This document shows, in pieces, positions 48,309 to 57,887 of a DNA stretch of 64,000 nucleotides (the stretch's first letter is position 1; each line of letters begins with the position of its first letter). This stretch comes from Candidatus Palauibacter sp. Its GTDB lineage: Bacteria; Gemmatimonadota; Gemmatimonadetes; Palauibacterales; Palauibacteraceae. A model generated the notes under the pieces. It saw only the letters and a program-made list of their open reading frames with translations. It ran no database searches and had not been told where the DNA came from. The position numbers were made by a program, and so were the translations under genes. The stretch lies in contig NZ_OZ244149.1 in the NCBI RefSeq assembly GCF_965216145.1, positions 1,100,797 to 1,164,796 on the forward strand, read 5' to 3'.

Positions 48309-49031
48309 TCAGGGAGTCGGGAGGGAGATAGACGCGACGGACGGCCTGTCGAATTCGTCTCTGTATACGCCCCAGACGCGAGAATCCGAGAACCGGTACG
48401 CATCGAACCGGTCGGGCAGTCGCACCCCCTGAGTGGTTCCGTCAGCCGCGATGCGCAGCCACCACGCACCGCCGCTCAAACCGCCAGCGTCGAGGTCCAA
48501 GGGATTCAGCCACATCGTTCCGTCTTCGCTGCAGCGGAAGTCCACATACCACGGCAGGTAACTCGCGAGTTCGTGCGGCTCCCCCTGGACCCTCTGCGCC
48601 ATCTGATCCAGAAGCCGAAGACTGTCCTCCGCGGTGAGCCGGGATGCGACATCTCCCGTCAGTTCGGCCTGCCTCAGCGCAAACACCGCGGCGGCAAACT
48701 GTCGAGGACTGACCTCGGTGAAGGGAACGGGAGGAAGGTCGATAGGGGGCACGCCGGCCCGTCCGTGAGCGCCTAGGGACTCGCCCTCCGGGCCGAATCC
48801 GACGAAGTACGGCGCGCTCGAATTCAGAACCCAGACGGAGCCGTCACTCAACACCTCCAGGTCCCGCGCTACGGCGAGGACGTCAGAGCTGCCCAGCACT
48901 TCGATGGACGACGCCTCGAGCTCGACGGGGGCGCCGGGCTCGCCGCCGACGTACTCGCCTTCAACGCAGGCAAGGAACGCCGCTCCGGAAAGAAACGCGG
49001 CGACGCGTAGTGAAGTCAGCAGTTCAACAGC
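48309..49031 (-). CDS. hypothetical secreted/lipoprotein
   Basis: Hydrophobic leader LTSLRVAAFLSGAAFLAC. No recognisable domain. The ORF-track N-terminal extension overlaps the upstream gene and is trimmed. Start coordinate is approximate. Confidence 0.35.
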   Translation of the reverse strand, partial: AVELLTSLRVAAFLSGAAFLACVEGEYVGGEPGAPVELEASSIEVLGSSDVLAVARDLEVLSDGSVWVLNSSAPYFVGFGPEGESLGAHGRAGVPPIDLPPVPFTEVSPRQFAAAVFALRQAELTGDVASRLTAEDSLRLLDQMAQRVQGEPHELASYLPWYVDFRCSEDGTMWLNPLDLDAGGLSGGAWWLRIAADGTTQGVRLPDRFDAYRFSDSRVWGVYRDEFDRPSVASISLPTP

Positions 49032-49708
49032 TCCGGTTTGGCGGATGCCCGTTCGCGTTTGCGAAGCCAGAGGGCGGCGGAAACGCAGACGAACGATGCG
49101 CACCACGCCCAGTAGCCGGGACCCAGATACCCGACCCCGCCGACGCCATCGGCCGTGATCCTCGGAGGCGAGCCGAGACTGATGACGCCGAAACCAAGCG
49201 TGAGAGCCCCCACGGCTCCGACGAGCAGCGACGGTGCTCGCCACCGACGCGAGCGCCACAGCGTCGGCAGGGTCATCAGCATTGGAAGATTGAGTAGCAA
49301 GACAACCAGCGGCGGCCCGAACTCACCCTCCTGGAAGGGCCCCACAAGGAACTCATAGCCATAGGCCGTCAGGTCACCGGCAGCGTTGGACGGGCCAGAC
49401 CCCAGGGTCGCCGTCAGAGCCGGGAGGAGAAACGACGCCGCGTACATCGCCCAGCCAGCCAGCAGGAGGCGCCGCCACCGGGGCCGTCCCGCCCGGGCGA
49501 ACTCTCTTGAGAGCGCCATCGGCTCGCCGAGTTCCTTCCGGACGATCGCGAACGCCTCGTGCGGCGCCAACGCGGCGTCCAGCTCCAGTTCCAGATCGAC
49601 CCGGGCGCGCAGGTGATCCTCGAGTTCATCCAGCTCGCGGGGCGAGAGCGATGCCTTGCGTTCCAAGCTCCTGCGCCAATTCCTGACTTCGGGCTCGAGT
49701 TCAAACAT
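49016..49708 (-). CDS. PadR-associated membrane protein (permease-prefix / DUF1700-like)
   Basis: Cytoplasmic helical N-terminus (RSLERKASLSPRELDELEDHL) followed by 3-4 TM helices. 8-bp overlap with the upstream padR gene. Confidence 0.5.
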   Translation of the reverse strand: MFELEPEVRNWRRSLERKASLSPRELDELEDHLRARVDLELELDAALAPHEAFAIVRKELGEPMALSREFARAGRPRWRRLLLAGWAMYAASFLLPALTATLGSGPSNAAGDLTAYGYEFLVGPFQEGEFGPPLVVLLLNLPMLMTLPTLWRSRRWRAPSLLVGAVGALTLGFGVISLGSPPRITADGVGGVGYLGPGYWAWCASFVCVSAALWLRKRERASAKPELLNC

Positions 49709-50042
49709 GACTGCCTCCCCAGGACAGTTCGAGGGCTCCGTACACCGCGCGCCAGCTCTCGCGGTCGGTCGCCAGCCGGCGTTTTCCGCGGGCCGTCAGC
49801 CGGTAGTACTTACGACGCCGTCCCGCGTCCGTCAGTTGCCAGCGGCCGGCGATGAGTCCGTCCCGCTCCAGCCGGTGAAGAACGGGGTAGAGCATCCCAT
49901 CGGACCACTCGAGTTCGCCATCGGAGAGTCGTTTGACCTGCTTGAGGATCTCGTAGCCATATGTCTCGCCGCTGGCCAGGATGGAGAGCACCATCGGGCG
50001 CGACGACGCGGCCACCAACTCCTTGTAGACCGTTTTCTTCAT
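49701..50042 (-). CDS. PadR family transcriptional regulator
   Basis: YGYEILKQVKRLSDGELEWSDGMLYPVLHRLERDGLI is the winged-HTH PadR signature. Confidence 0.8.
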   Translation of the reverse strand: MKKTVYKELVAASSRPMVLSILASGETYGYEILKQVKRLSDGELEWSDGMLYPVLHRLERDGLIAGRWQLTDAGRRRKYYRLTARGKRRLATDRESWRAVYGALELSWGGSHV

Positions 50043-50077
50043 GCGAACCCCGCGTATCCGGCCTCATACCATGAGAC

Positions 50078-50104
50078 ACAATGTACATTGCAGTACAATG
50101 TATA
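50078..50104. promoter_or_regulatory. putative PadR operator: 12-bp perfect palindrome CAATGTACATTG plus an adjacent TACAATGTA half-site
   Basis: Located 35-60 bp upstream of the padR start codon; ATGT/ACAT-containing inverted repeats are the reported PadR-operator pattern. Also an unusually AT-rich spot in the window. Confidence 0.5.
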
Positions 50105-50132
50105 GGGGTCGGCGGACCAACCGCAAGCAACT

Positions 50133-51116
50133 CTAGAGATTGAGATCGAGCAGGATCTTGCCGAGCGGGCCCGATTCCACGGCCTCGTGAGCGGCCGCGA
50201 TGTCCTCGATCGAGAAGCGCGCCGCGATCGTGTGGCGCAGTTCGCCGCTCGCCAGCCACTTCGTGAGATCCTCCACGGCGCGCTGCTTCGCGGCTTCGGG
50301 CATCAGGAAGACGAGTTCGAAGCGCAGCGTCACGTTCTTGTAGAGGAGGGTGTAGAACGGAACGGCAGGCTGCGGATCGCCCTCGGAAGCGTAGGCGGAG
50401 ATCACCCCGTTCGCTTTCAGCATCGCGATAGAGGCGTCGAGGTTCCCGCCCATCTCCACCTCGACGATTCTGTCGAGCCCCTCTCCATCGGTCAGTTCCA
50501 TGACGCGGGCCGCGACATCTTCCTCTCGATAGTTGATGACGACGTCCGCGCCGGCCGCCCGCGCAATCCTCCCCTTTTGGTCCCCACTCACGGTGGCGAG
50601 GACCCGCGCACCCCCCAGCCGGGCGCACTGGATGGCGTAGGCGCCGACGGCACCGGCACCGCCGGTCACGAGCACGGTCTGTCCGTCGACGGGGCCATCG
50701 GCGTACACGCAGCGATGCGCGGTCAGCGCGGGGATGCCGAGACACGCACCCTCGGGGAAGGACGCGCCCGGGGGGAGCGGGACCGCGCGGGACTCGGAGA
50801 CAGTCACGAACTCGGCGGCGGTGCCGAAGTCGCTCCCCCACTGGGCTTCGTAGATCCAGACGCGCTTGCCGAGGCTGCCGGGATCGACCCCGTCCCCCAC
50901 CTTGTCGATGACCCCTGCGCCATCGAAGTGGGGCACGACGAGTGCCGAGTCCAACCCGCCGCGGCCGCCGAACCTGCGTTTCACATCGACCGGGTTTATC
51001 CCCGAGGCGAACATCCGCACTCGCACCTCGCCGGACCCGGGGGAAGGCAACTCGCGTTCGCCGACTTCCAGCACGTCGCGCGCCGATCCCTGCTTCGTGT
51101 ACCAGGCCGCTCGCAT
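50133..51116 (-). CDS. NADPH:quinone oxidoreductase / zinc-type MDR alcohol dehydrogenase family
   Basis: VLVTGGAGAVGAYAIQCARLGGARV Rossmann motif and MDR fold. Confidence 0.75.
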   Translation of the reverse strand: MRAAWYTKQGSARDVLEVGERELPSPGSGEVRVRMFASGINPVDVKRRFGGRGGLDSALVVPHFDGAGVIDKVGDGVDPGSLGKRVWIYEAQWGSDFGTAAEFVTVSESRAVPLPPGASFPEGACLGIPALTAHRCVYADGPVDGQTVLVTGGAGAVGAYAIQCARLGGARVLATVSGDQKGRIARAAGADVVINYREEDVAARVMELTDGEGLDRIVEVEMGGNLDASIAMLKANGVISAYASEGDPQPAVPFYTLLYKNVTLRFELVFLMPEAAKQRAVEDLTKWLASGELRHTIAARFSIEDIAAAHEAVESGPLGKILLDLNL

Positions 51117-51132
51117 GTTACCTCTCTCGTGG

Positions 51133-51942
51133 CTAGTCGCCGTTGCTGTCCCCCCCGGAACTCAGGCCCTCCGTGTGTCCGTCCACGGGGAGCGCCTGCC
51201 CGGAGATCTTCGCACCTGCGCCGGAGGTGAGGAAGAGGACGAGCGCGGCCACGTCCTCGGCGTCGACGAAGGTTCGGAGCGAGATCTGCCGGAGCCAGGT
51301 CTGCCGGATCGCGTCCTCGGACACGCTCTGGGCGGCGGCCTGGGCGGCGATCACGCGGTCGATGCGTTCGCCGCGCACGCTGCCCGGGCAGATCGCGTTC
51401 ACGCGGATTCCGGCCGGACCCAGCTCCATGGCCAGGGTACGGGTGAAGCCGATCACGCCCCACTTGGCCGTGGCGTACGGGCTCCGCAGCGGGTAGCCGT
51501 GCAGCCCCGCGGTCGAGGAGAGGTTCACGATCGATCCGCCGCCCGCCCGCCGCAGGGCCGGAACGGCGGCGCGGGCGCAGAGGAACATGCCGTCGAGGTT
51601 GACGGCCAGCGTCCGCCGCCAGCCGTCGAGGTGGAGCGTCTCGACGGGGCCCGTCGGCCCGGCGGTCCCCGCGTTGTTGACGAGGACATCGAGCCCGCCC
51701 AGCCGGTCCAGCGCCTCCTCGAAGAGTCGGACCACATCCGCTTCCGACGAGACGTCCGCCACCGTTCCGTCGAGGTCGCCTTCCGTCGATCCCGTCAGTT
51801 CCTCGAGCGCCGCGGGTTCCAGGTCGCCGACGTGCACCCGTGCTCCTTCGTCGAGGAAGGCGCGCGCGATCGCCCGCCCGATTCCGGCCCCGGCCCCGGT
51901 GACGATGACGCGCCGGCCCTCGTGAGCGGGCGCGATCGTCAC
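51133..51942 (-). CDS. SDR family oxidoreductase
   Basis: VIVTGAGAGIGRAIA (TGxxxGxG) and the Y-x3-K catalytic region PYATAKWG. GTG start overlaps the panB stop (GTGA). Confidence 0.75.
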   Translation of the reverse strand: MTIAPAHEGRRVIVTGAGAGIGRAIARAFLDEGARVHVGDLEPAALEELTGSTEGDLDGTVADVSSEADVVRLFEEALDRLGGLDVLVNNAGTAGPTGPVETLHLDGWRRTLAVNLDGMFLCARAAVPALRRAGGGSIVNLSSTAGLHGYPLRSPYATAKWGVIGFTRTLAMELGPAGIRVNAICPGSVRGERIDRVIAAQAAAQSVSEDAIRQTWLRQISLRTFVDAEDVAALVLFLTSGAGAKISGQALPVDGHTEGLSSGGDSNGD

Positions 51943-52808
51943 CCTTCGTACCCGTGTTCGGCCGCGGGGTACTTTCCCTCCCGCACTTCTCCGGCGTATC
52001 GGCCCACCGCGTCGCGTACCGCGGCGCCGAGTTCGGCGTACCTCTTCAGGAAACGGGGGCTGAACCCCTCGTTCAGGCCGAGCATGTCGTGCAGGACGAG
52101 CACCTGCCCGTCGCACTCCGGACCGGCGCCGATCCCGACGGTCGGCACGGAGATCGCCTCCGTCACCCGCCGCGCCGCCACCGTCGGCATCAGTTCGAGG
52201 ACGATCGAGAAAACGCCGGCCTCCTCCAGAGCGACCGCTTCCTCCACCAGCCGCGACACCGCCTCTTCGTCCTTCGCCTGAATCCGGTGCCCGCCGAGGG
52301 CATGCACCGACTGCGGCGTGAACCCGAGGTGGCCCATCACGGGAATCCCCGCCCGGACGATCGCCCGCACCGCGTCGAGTATGTCGAATCCGCCCTCCAG
52401 CTTCACCGCGCCCGCCCCGGTCTGTTTGAGGATGTTTCCCGCGTTCCGTACCGCCTCTTCGACTGAGACCTGGTAGCTGAGGAAGGGCATGTCCACGACG
52501 ACGAACGCGTGCGAGGTCCCCCGAACCACGATGCGGCCGTGATACGTCATCTGCTCCACGGTGGCGGCGAGCGTCGTTTCTTCTCCGCACAGGACGCTGG
52601 CCAGGGAGTCGCCCACCAGGATGAGATCGACCGCCGCCGCGTCGACGAGCGAGGCGAAGAGCGCGTCGTAGGCGGTAATGGCCACGATCTTTTCGCCTCG
52701 CGACTTCATGGACACGAGATCGAAGGTCGTCACCTTCCGCCCGCCGGAGCCGCCTCCGAAGCCCCCGCCCGGCACGCTCATGGTCCGCGGCGTCGGATCA
52801 CTCGCCAT
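51939..52808 (-). CDS. panB: 3-methyl-2-oxobutanoate hydroxymethyltransferase
   Basis: EKIVAITAYDALFASLVDAAAVDLILVGDSLA ... VKLEGG ... GHLGFTPQS are PanB signatures. Confidence 0.85.
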   Translation of the reverse strand: MASDPTPRTMSVPGGGFGGGSGGRKVTTFDLVSMKSRGEKIVAITAYDALFASLVDAAAVDLILVGDSLASVLCGEETTLAATVEQMTYHGRIVVRGTSHAFVVVDMPFLSYQVSVEEAVRNAGNILKQTGAGAVKLEGGFDILDAVRAIVRAGIPVMGHLGFTPQSVHALGGHRIQAKDEEAVSRLVEEAVALEEAGVFSIVLELMPTVAARRVTEAISVPTVGIGAGPECDGQVLVLHDMLGLNEGFSPRFLKRYAELGAAVRDAVGRYAGEVREGKYPAAEHGYEG

Positions 52809-52812
52809 CGGT

Positions 52813-53040
52813 TCACCCGTCCTCGGCCGGGAACAGCGACCGTCCCGTCTCGGCCTCGACCACGCGGATCGCGCTCACCGGGCAGTTCGCCGCCGCCGCC
52901 AGCACCGCGGACTCGCTGTCGCCCGCGGGGTCGACGACCGTCGACTGCCGGTTCTCGTTGTGCGCGAACACGCGCGGCGCCGTGTCCACGCACATCGCGT
53001 TGCCGACGCACAGTCCGTGATCGATCTCGATCTTCACCAT
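52813..53040 (-). CDS. small ferredoxin (single-cluster, P450-associated type)
   Basis: MVKIEIDHGLCVGNAMCVDTAPRVF ... AAAANCPVSAI gives the CxxxxxC...CP cluster ligands. It is immediately downstream of the P450. Confidence 0.75.
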   Translation of the reverse strand: MVKIEIDHGLCVGNAMCVDTAPRVFAHNENRQSTVVDPAGDSESAVLAAAANCPVSAIRVVEAETGRSLFPAEDG

Positions 53041-53061
53041 GCGACACTCATGCTGTACTGC

Positions 53062-54330
53062 TCACGACGGGACCGTCCAGGTGACGGGCAGCGATTCGAG
53101 GGACCGGAACTGGATGCTCGGCTGGTAGCGCAGTTCCTCCGTCTCCAGCTCGAACCGGTCGAAGCGGCGGGCCAGGCCGCGGAAGACCTCCTGTCCCTCC
53201 ATGCGCGCGAGCGCGACCCCGAGGCAGTAGTGGATCCCGGAGCCGAAGGAAAGATGCGGGTTCGGCTGGCGCCCGATATCGAACCGGTCCGGGTCCTCGA
53301 ACACCGCGGGGTCCCGGTTCGCCGCCGCGATGATCCACCGGATGCGCTCGCCCGGGGAGAGCGTCTTGCCGCACAGTTCGGCCTCCCGCGCGACGATGCG
53401 CTGGGTCGACTTCACGGGCGGGTCGTAGCGAAGGCACTCCTCGGTCGCCGTCCGGGCGAAGCCGTCCGGGTCCGCTCGCAGCCGGTCCCACTGCTCCGGG
53501 TGCGCGATGAAGGCGCGGAGCCCGTTGCAGATCAGGTTCATCGTCGTCTCGTGTCCCGCGAACAGCATCAGTCCGGTATTCACCAGCACCTGGTGGCGCG
53601 TGAACGCGCCGTCCGTCTCGCCCCGGGCCAGCGCCGAGATCAGATCGTCGCCGGGGTCCTCGATCCGATCGCGCACGAACGGCCGGGCGTATTCCATGAT
53701 CCCGCGGATCCCCTCCGTCAGCGGCCGCAGCCGGTCGGGCTCGCCGCGGTTCAGGTGGAGGATGCTGTCCGCCAGCCCCCGCAGCGTGTCCATGTCCTCG
53801 CGCGGCACACCCATCATCCGCGCGATCACCCGCACCGGGAGCGGCGCCGCGAGGTCCGTGACGACGTTCATCCGCCCACGGGGCCACACCTCGTCCAGGA
53901 GTTCGTCCACTACCCGTCGCACGAACGGCCGCCAGCCTTCCATCGCCGTCGGTGTGAAGAAGGAGTGAACGGTCTTCCGTTGCTCCAGATGGTCGGGTCG
54001 GTCCTGTTCCACCAGCTGATCCGCGCGGAACGTCCTCACCTCGTCGAACAGGTGCGCGTCCTCGGGCAGCACCGGCGGGTACGGGGCCGCCTGGACCCCC
54101 CGGATGACAGCCGAAGAGAAGAGTTCGTGATGCCGGAGAATCCAGACGACGGGGTCGTATCCCGTCACCACCCACAGCCCGAACTTCTCGTTCCAGTGGA
54201 CGGGGTCCCGTTCCCGCAGCCGCGCGAAGTGGGCGTAGGGGCGGGCGATCACCTCCTCCGCGAAGAGGTCGTCGAGGTCCGCCGCCGGCTCAGGGGACGA
54301 AGCGATAGACGACGGGCAGTTGCTCGACAT
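53062..54330 (-). CDS. cytochrome P450
   Basis: FGSGIHYCLGVALAR heme-thiolate loop. ExxR (ETTMNL / EECLRYDPP) and AGHETT I-helix. Start codon choice is uncertain (about a 40-nt overlap with the upstream gene if the ATG at 54330 is used). Confidence 0.8.
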   Translation of the reverse strand: MSSNCPSSIASSPEPAADLDDLFAEEVIARPYAHFARLRERDPVHWNEKFGLWVVTGYDPVVWILRHHELFSSAVIRGVQAAPYPPVLPEDAHLFDEVRTFRADQLVEQDRPDHLEQRKTVHSFFTPTAMEGWRPFVRRVVDELLDEVWPRGRMNVVTDLAAPLPVRVIARMMGVPREDMDTLRGLADSILHLNRGEPDRLRPLTEGIRGIMEYARPFVRDRIEDPGDDLISALARGETDGAFTRHQVLVNTGLMLFAGHETTMNLICNGLRAFIAHPEQWDRLRADPDGFARTATEECLRYDPPVKSTQRIVAREAELCGKTLSPGERIRWIIAAANRDPAVFEDPDRFDIGRQPNPHLSFGSGIHYCLGVALARMEGQEVFRGLARRFDRFELETEELRYQPSIQFRSLESLPVTWTVPS

Positions 54331-55570
54331 CCGTGATGCTCGAGTCGGTGTGATGGTAGATGTTCTGCCGTCCGGTACCGCAGTCGCCGAAGGCGTCGCA
54401 GGAGACCGTTCCGATGAGACCCTGGATGTCGCCGGTGCCGATCCGCGACCGCAACCCGGCGCGGTCAATGTACAGTCGTCCGCCTTCCTCGACGGCGACG
54501 GAGCGGACGGCGTCCAGGAGCAGCGTCGCCGCGTCGTAGGCGAGCGCCCAGTAGGGCGTCGCGGGATGCTCGCCGTACGCCGTTCCGTAGGCGGCGATGA
54601 CGGCTTCCGCGCTCTTTCCCGTCACCTGGTTGACGTTGCCGGTGTAGTCCGATTCCGGGCCCGCGAAGTAGATCCCCTCGGACTGCGGCTCCGCCAGGAA
54701 CTCGGAGACAAGCAGTGCCGCGCCGGAGATGAGCGTCACCCCCTCGAGGCCGTCGAAGGCCCGCGCCTGCGCCGCGAAGGGGGACCCTTCGGGGCGGAAC
54801 AGGGGGAAGAAGATTCCGTCCGGCCCGGCCGCCGCGAACTCCGTGAGCACGGACGTCATATCCGTCTGGCCCTTCCGGATCCCGGTGGCGACCGGGACCT
54901 CGCCGCCCAGGGCCCGGAACGCATCCCCGAAGGCCTTCACCAGCGCCGTCGTGTAGGGGTCGCCGTCGTGCAGTGTCACGATGCGGCTGAGACCCAGCTG
55001 GTTGTAGGCGAAGTTGGAGACGGCCCGCGCCTGATAGAGGTCGTTGTTGGCGACGCGGAAATAGCCGGGGTGATGGTCGGGGTTCGGGTTGCCCGCCAGA
55101 TCCGAGGTCAGCAGCGGCGACGTGGTGCTCGGTGCGACCATCACGTACCCAGCCTGGCTGATCACCGGCGAGGCGGCCACCGCCGCGGCCGAACAGGACG
55201 TGCCGATGACGCCCACGATTTGCGGGTCGGCGACGATCTCACGGGCGCCCGCCCGTCCGCCCTCCGGCGAGCACATCGAGTCCATGGCGTCACCCAGTTC
55301 GATGTTGCGGCCGCGGATGGCGGCCACGTCCCGGACCGCGAGTTCGACGCCGCGCCGGGCCGTCACCCCCAACGAAGGCGCCCCGGTCATCGCAAGCAGC
55401 GACCGGATCTTCACGGCCTCGCCGCGCCTCACCGTGACCACGCCCAGCGGACCCGGCTCGAAGCTCGATGGCCCGGTGGTTCCGTCGCAGGACACTGTAA
55501 CAGCCGCCGCGAGAATCGCTGCGAGAGCGGTAAGCGGCGTCCGCGGGACAATTCCGACTCGGTGGCCCAT
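54290..55570 (-). CDS. ABC transporter substrate-binding protein, branched-chain-amino-acid (LivK-like, type I PBP) family
   Basis: Lipoprotein leader ...AAILAAAVTVSCDG. Type I periplasmic binding fold motifs (VIGTSCSAAAVA, YFAGPE). Confidence 0.65.
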   Translation of the reverse strand: MGHRVGIVPRTPLTALAAILAAAVTVSCDGTTGPSSFEPGPLGVVTVRRGEAVKIRSLLAMTGAPSLGVTARRGVELAVRDVAAIRGRNIELGDAMDSMCSPEGGRAGAREIVADPQIVGVIGTSCSAAAVAASPVISQAGYVMVAPSTTSPLLTSDLAGNPNPDHHPGYFRVANNDLYQARAVSNFAYNQLGLSRIVTLHDGDPYTTALVKAFGDAFRALGGEVPVATGIRKGQTDMTSVLTEFAAAGPDGIFFPLFRPEGSPFAAQARAFDGLEGVTLISGAALLVSEFLAEPQSEGIYFAGPESDYTGNVNQVTGKSAEAVIAAYGTAYGEHPATPYWALAYDAATLLLDAVRSVAVEEGGRLYIDRAGLRSRIGTGDIQGLIGTVSCDAFGDCGTGRQNIYHHTDSSITDVEQLPVVYRFVP

Positions 55571-55669
55571 CCCTGCACCCTCCCCGTGACAGGACGAACG
55601 GTCTGACCGCAAGCTACGCAGAGGCACAGACGCCTCCAAGACGTGGCGACAGCTCTCAGGGGAGCACGA

Positions 55670-57442
55670 ATGGCTCGCAACCGGCGGTTTCAGCGTCTCA
55701 CGATCTTCACAACTCTGCTTGCGTTCGGGTGCGGCGACCCGGGAGTCCCGGAGTCTTCGGCTCCCGTCCCGCTGGACGAACTGACCCTCGGGGCGTGGGC
55801 TCCGCCCCTCATGCTCACGAACGACCGATTCCTCCCGTCGAGTCGAGCCCAGGCCCCCCGGCACGTCTTCTCGGGAACCCTCGCCCTCGCGGGTGCCGAG
55901 ATACGGACGGACCCCGCGGAACTCGACGAACGCCGCGTCATGGGCCGGGACACGAAGCGCTTCCCGGATGTCTCCCTCGGGTTCGTCTCGGATGGTTCCG
56001 ATCTCGTCCCGTGGGACCGCAACCTCATCGTCGCCGGCACGCGCACGGAGACGGGCAGCTACTGGGACGTCCTCGTCGGCCCCGGCACCGTGTGGTCGGA
56101 GCCGGGCGAGGACTGGTCACGCGGGGGGTTCCCTCTCCAACTCGCGAGTTCGGTGGAGAACGAGACGTACAACGGCGTCGCGACGTTCGCCTTCAACGAC
56201 CGCGAGGTCTCCGGCGTCCGCTTCCAGACCGTGACCCAGGGGCGGCCCTATTTCCTCGTCCAGCGGCGTCTCATGTGGGGACAGCTTGCGGCGGAGTACG
56301 CGCCGGACCCGGCCCCTCCCGGCGTGGTCGAGGAGTTCGCGGCGGAGAAGGCGCGGCGGCTTCCGCTGCGTCCGATCTCCGACCTGCGCCCGCTCGTCGG
56401 CGACTCCGTGTTCGACGCCATGCACGCGGGCATGAACCCCGAGAACGTCGTCACCGCGGCCTTCCTCGTCGGTGACACGCTTTACGCGGCCGATTGTCCC
56501 ACGCCGTTCGGGGAGCTTCCGTTCTGCCGGGAGCAGCGCTTCGGAATCTGGTCCGTCACCAAGTCCACCGGGAACACGGTGGCCGCGCTCCGGCTGGCGC
56601 AGCGCTACGGCCGGGAGATCCTCGACGAGCGCGTGGCCGACCACCTGAACGTGACGGCCGAACACGACGGCTGGGACGACGTCCGCTTCCGGGACGTCCT
56701 CAACATGGCCACCGGCGTCGGCGAGGGCTCGACCCGCACCGAGCCCAACAACACGGGCGACGGCTACCTCATCGGCTACGACGACTGGTACACGGCGATC
56801 TCGAGGGACGAACGCATCCGGCAGGTGTTCCGCGCCTCGAACCATCCCTGGGGGCCCGGGGAGGTCGTCCGCTACCGCGACCAGGACGCGTTCCTCATCG
56901 GCGCGGCGATGGATGCGTACCTGAAGCATCGGGCCGGACCGCAGGCGGATCTGTGGCGGATGCTGGAGGAGGAGGTGTACCGGCCCATCGGCGTGCCGCA
57001 CGCGCCGACCAATCGGCTCATCGAGGCGGATGGCTCGCTCAGCCTGCCCCAGATGTCACAGGGCTACTACCCCACGGTGGACGACCTCGCGAAGATCGCG
57101 CGTCTCCTGCAGGACGGGGGCGCCAACGAGGGCGAACAACTCCTCCACCGGGAGCTGACCGCCGAGGTCCTGTACCGGACGGACGCGCGCGGGATCACCT
57201 TCGGCCGGCCGGTCGAGACCGGCCCGCCCAGCTACTATCTGGCGCTCTGGCACCAGAACTACGTCGGCGAGGGGGGCTGCATCGTCGACCTCACGCGCAT
57301 GTCGGGCTGGGGCGGACACCGCGTCGTCCTCTTCCCCAACGGGATCGTCGGCATCCGCATCTCGAAGGTGACGGGGAGCGAAGGGTCCCCGGTGGATGGC
57401 CTTGCCGCGGTGGCCGACCGATTGGAACCGTTCTGTCCCTGA
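55670..57442 (+). CDS. serine hydrolase (beta-lactamase / PBP-related, PF00144-like) lipoprotein with N-terminal extra domain
   Basis: Leader MARNRRFQRLTIFTTLLAFGCG. S-x-x-K motif in FGIWSVTKSTG. Downstream Y-x-N-like and HxG elements. Confidence 0.6.
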   Translation: MARNRRFQRLTIFTTLLAFGCGDPGVPESSAPVPLDELTLGAWAPPLMLTNDRFLPSSRAQAPRHVFSGTLALAGAEIRTDPAELDERRVMGRDTKRFPDVSLGFVSDGSDLVPWDRNLIVAGTRTETGSYWDVLVGPGTVWSEPGEDWSRGGFPLQLASSVENETYNGVATFAFNDREVSGVRFQTVTQGRPYFLVQRRLMWGQLAAEYAPDPAPPGVVEEFAAEKARRLPLRPISDLRPLVGDSVFDAMHAGMNPENVVTAAFLVGDTLYAADCPTPFGELPFCREQRFGIWSVTKSTGNTVAALRLAQRYGREILDERVADHLNVTAEHDGWDDVRFRDVLNMATGVGEGSTRTEPNNTGDGYLIGYDDWYTAISRDERIRQVFRASNHPWGPGEVVRYRDQDAFLIGAAMDAYLKHRAGPQADLWRMLEEEVYRPIGVPHAPTNRLIEADGSLSLPQMSQGYYPTVDDLAKIARLLQDGGANEGEQLLHRELTAEVLYRTDARGITFGRPVETGPPSYYLALWHQNYVGEGGCIVDLTRMSGWGGHRVVLFPNGIVGIRISKVTGSEGSPVDGLAAVADRLEPFCP

Positions 57443-57444
57443 GA

Positions 57445-57855
57445 TCAGGGGCCGTCGTCAGCCGCGGCGTAGGATTTCTCTTCGAGGATGCCTGAGCCGT
57501 AGGCCTCGCTGAGGGTGCGCTTGAGGCGGTGGCGCTCGTCGTTCAGGCGGTACACCTGTCGTGCAGCCGCGGTGAAGCGGGGGCCGAAGTCGCCGGCGCG
57601 TTCGAGCGCGCGCAACTCGTCCTCGACATCCCAGATGCCGCGGTTCGCCTCGTCCAGTTCTGCGACGCGCCTCCTGACATGGGGCGGAGCGTCGTCGAGC
57701 GGCCCGATCGCACGTTCGCAGATTGCTTCGAAGCGTTCCAGTTCCGAGGTCACGTTCGCGAGCTTCCGGCGATCGCGGATCCGGGCCCGCTTGAGCCGCA
57801 GAATCGTGATGCGGTCGATGAGTTCGCCGACGGAGATGGGGATTTCGATATTCAC
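57445..57855 (-). CDS. conserved hypothetical protein (DUF6165-like)
   Basis: MNIEIPISVGELIDRITILRLKRARI. Helical, Arg-rich. No enzymatic motif. Confidence 0.4.
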   Translation of the reverse strand: MNIEIPISVGELIDRITILRLKRARIRDRRKLANVTSELERFEAICERAIGPLDDAPPHVRRRVAELDEANRGIWDVEDELRALERAGDFGPRFTAAARQVYRLNDERHRLKRTLSEAYGSGILEEKSYAAADDGP

Positions 57856-57887
57856 GCCCCGAACATAACGGAGGGGGAGGAGGCGCG

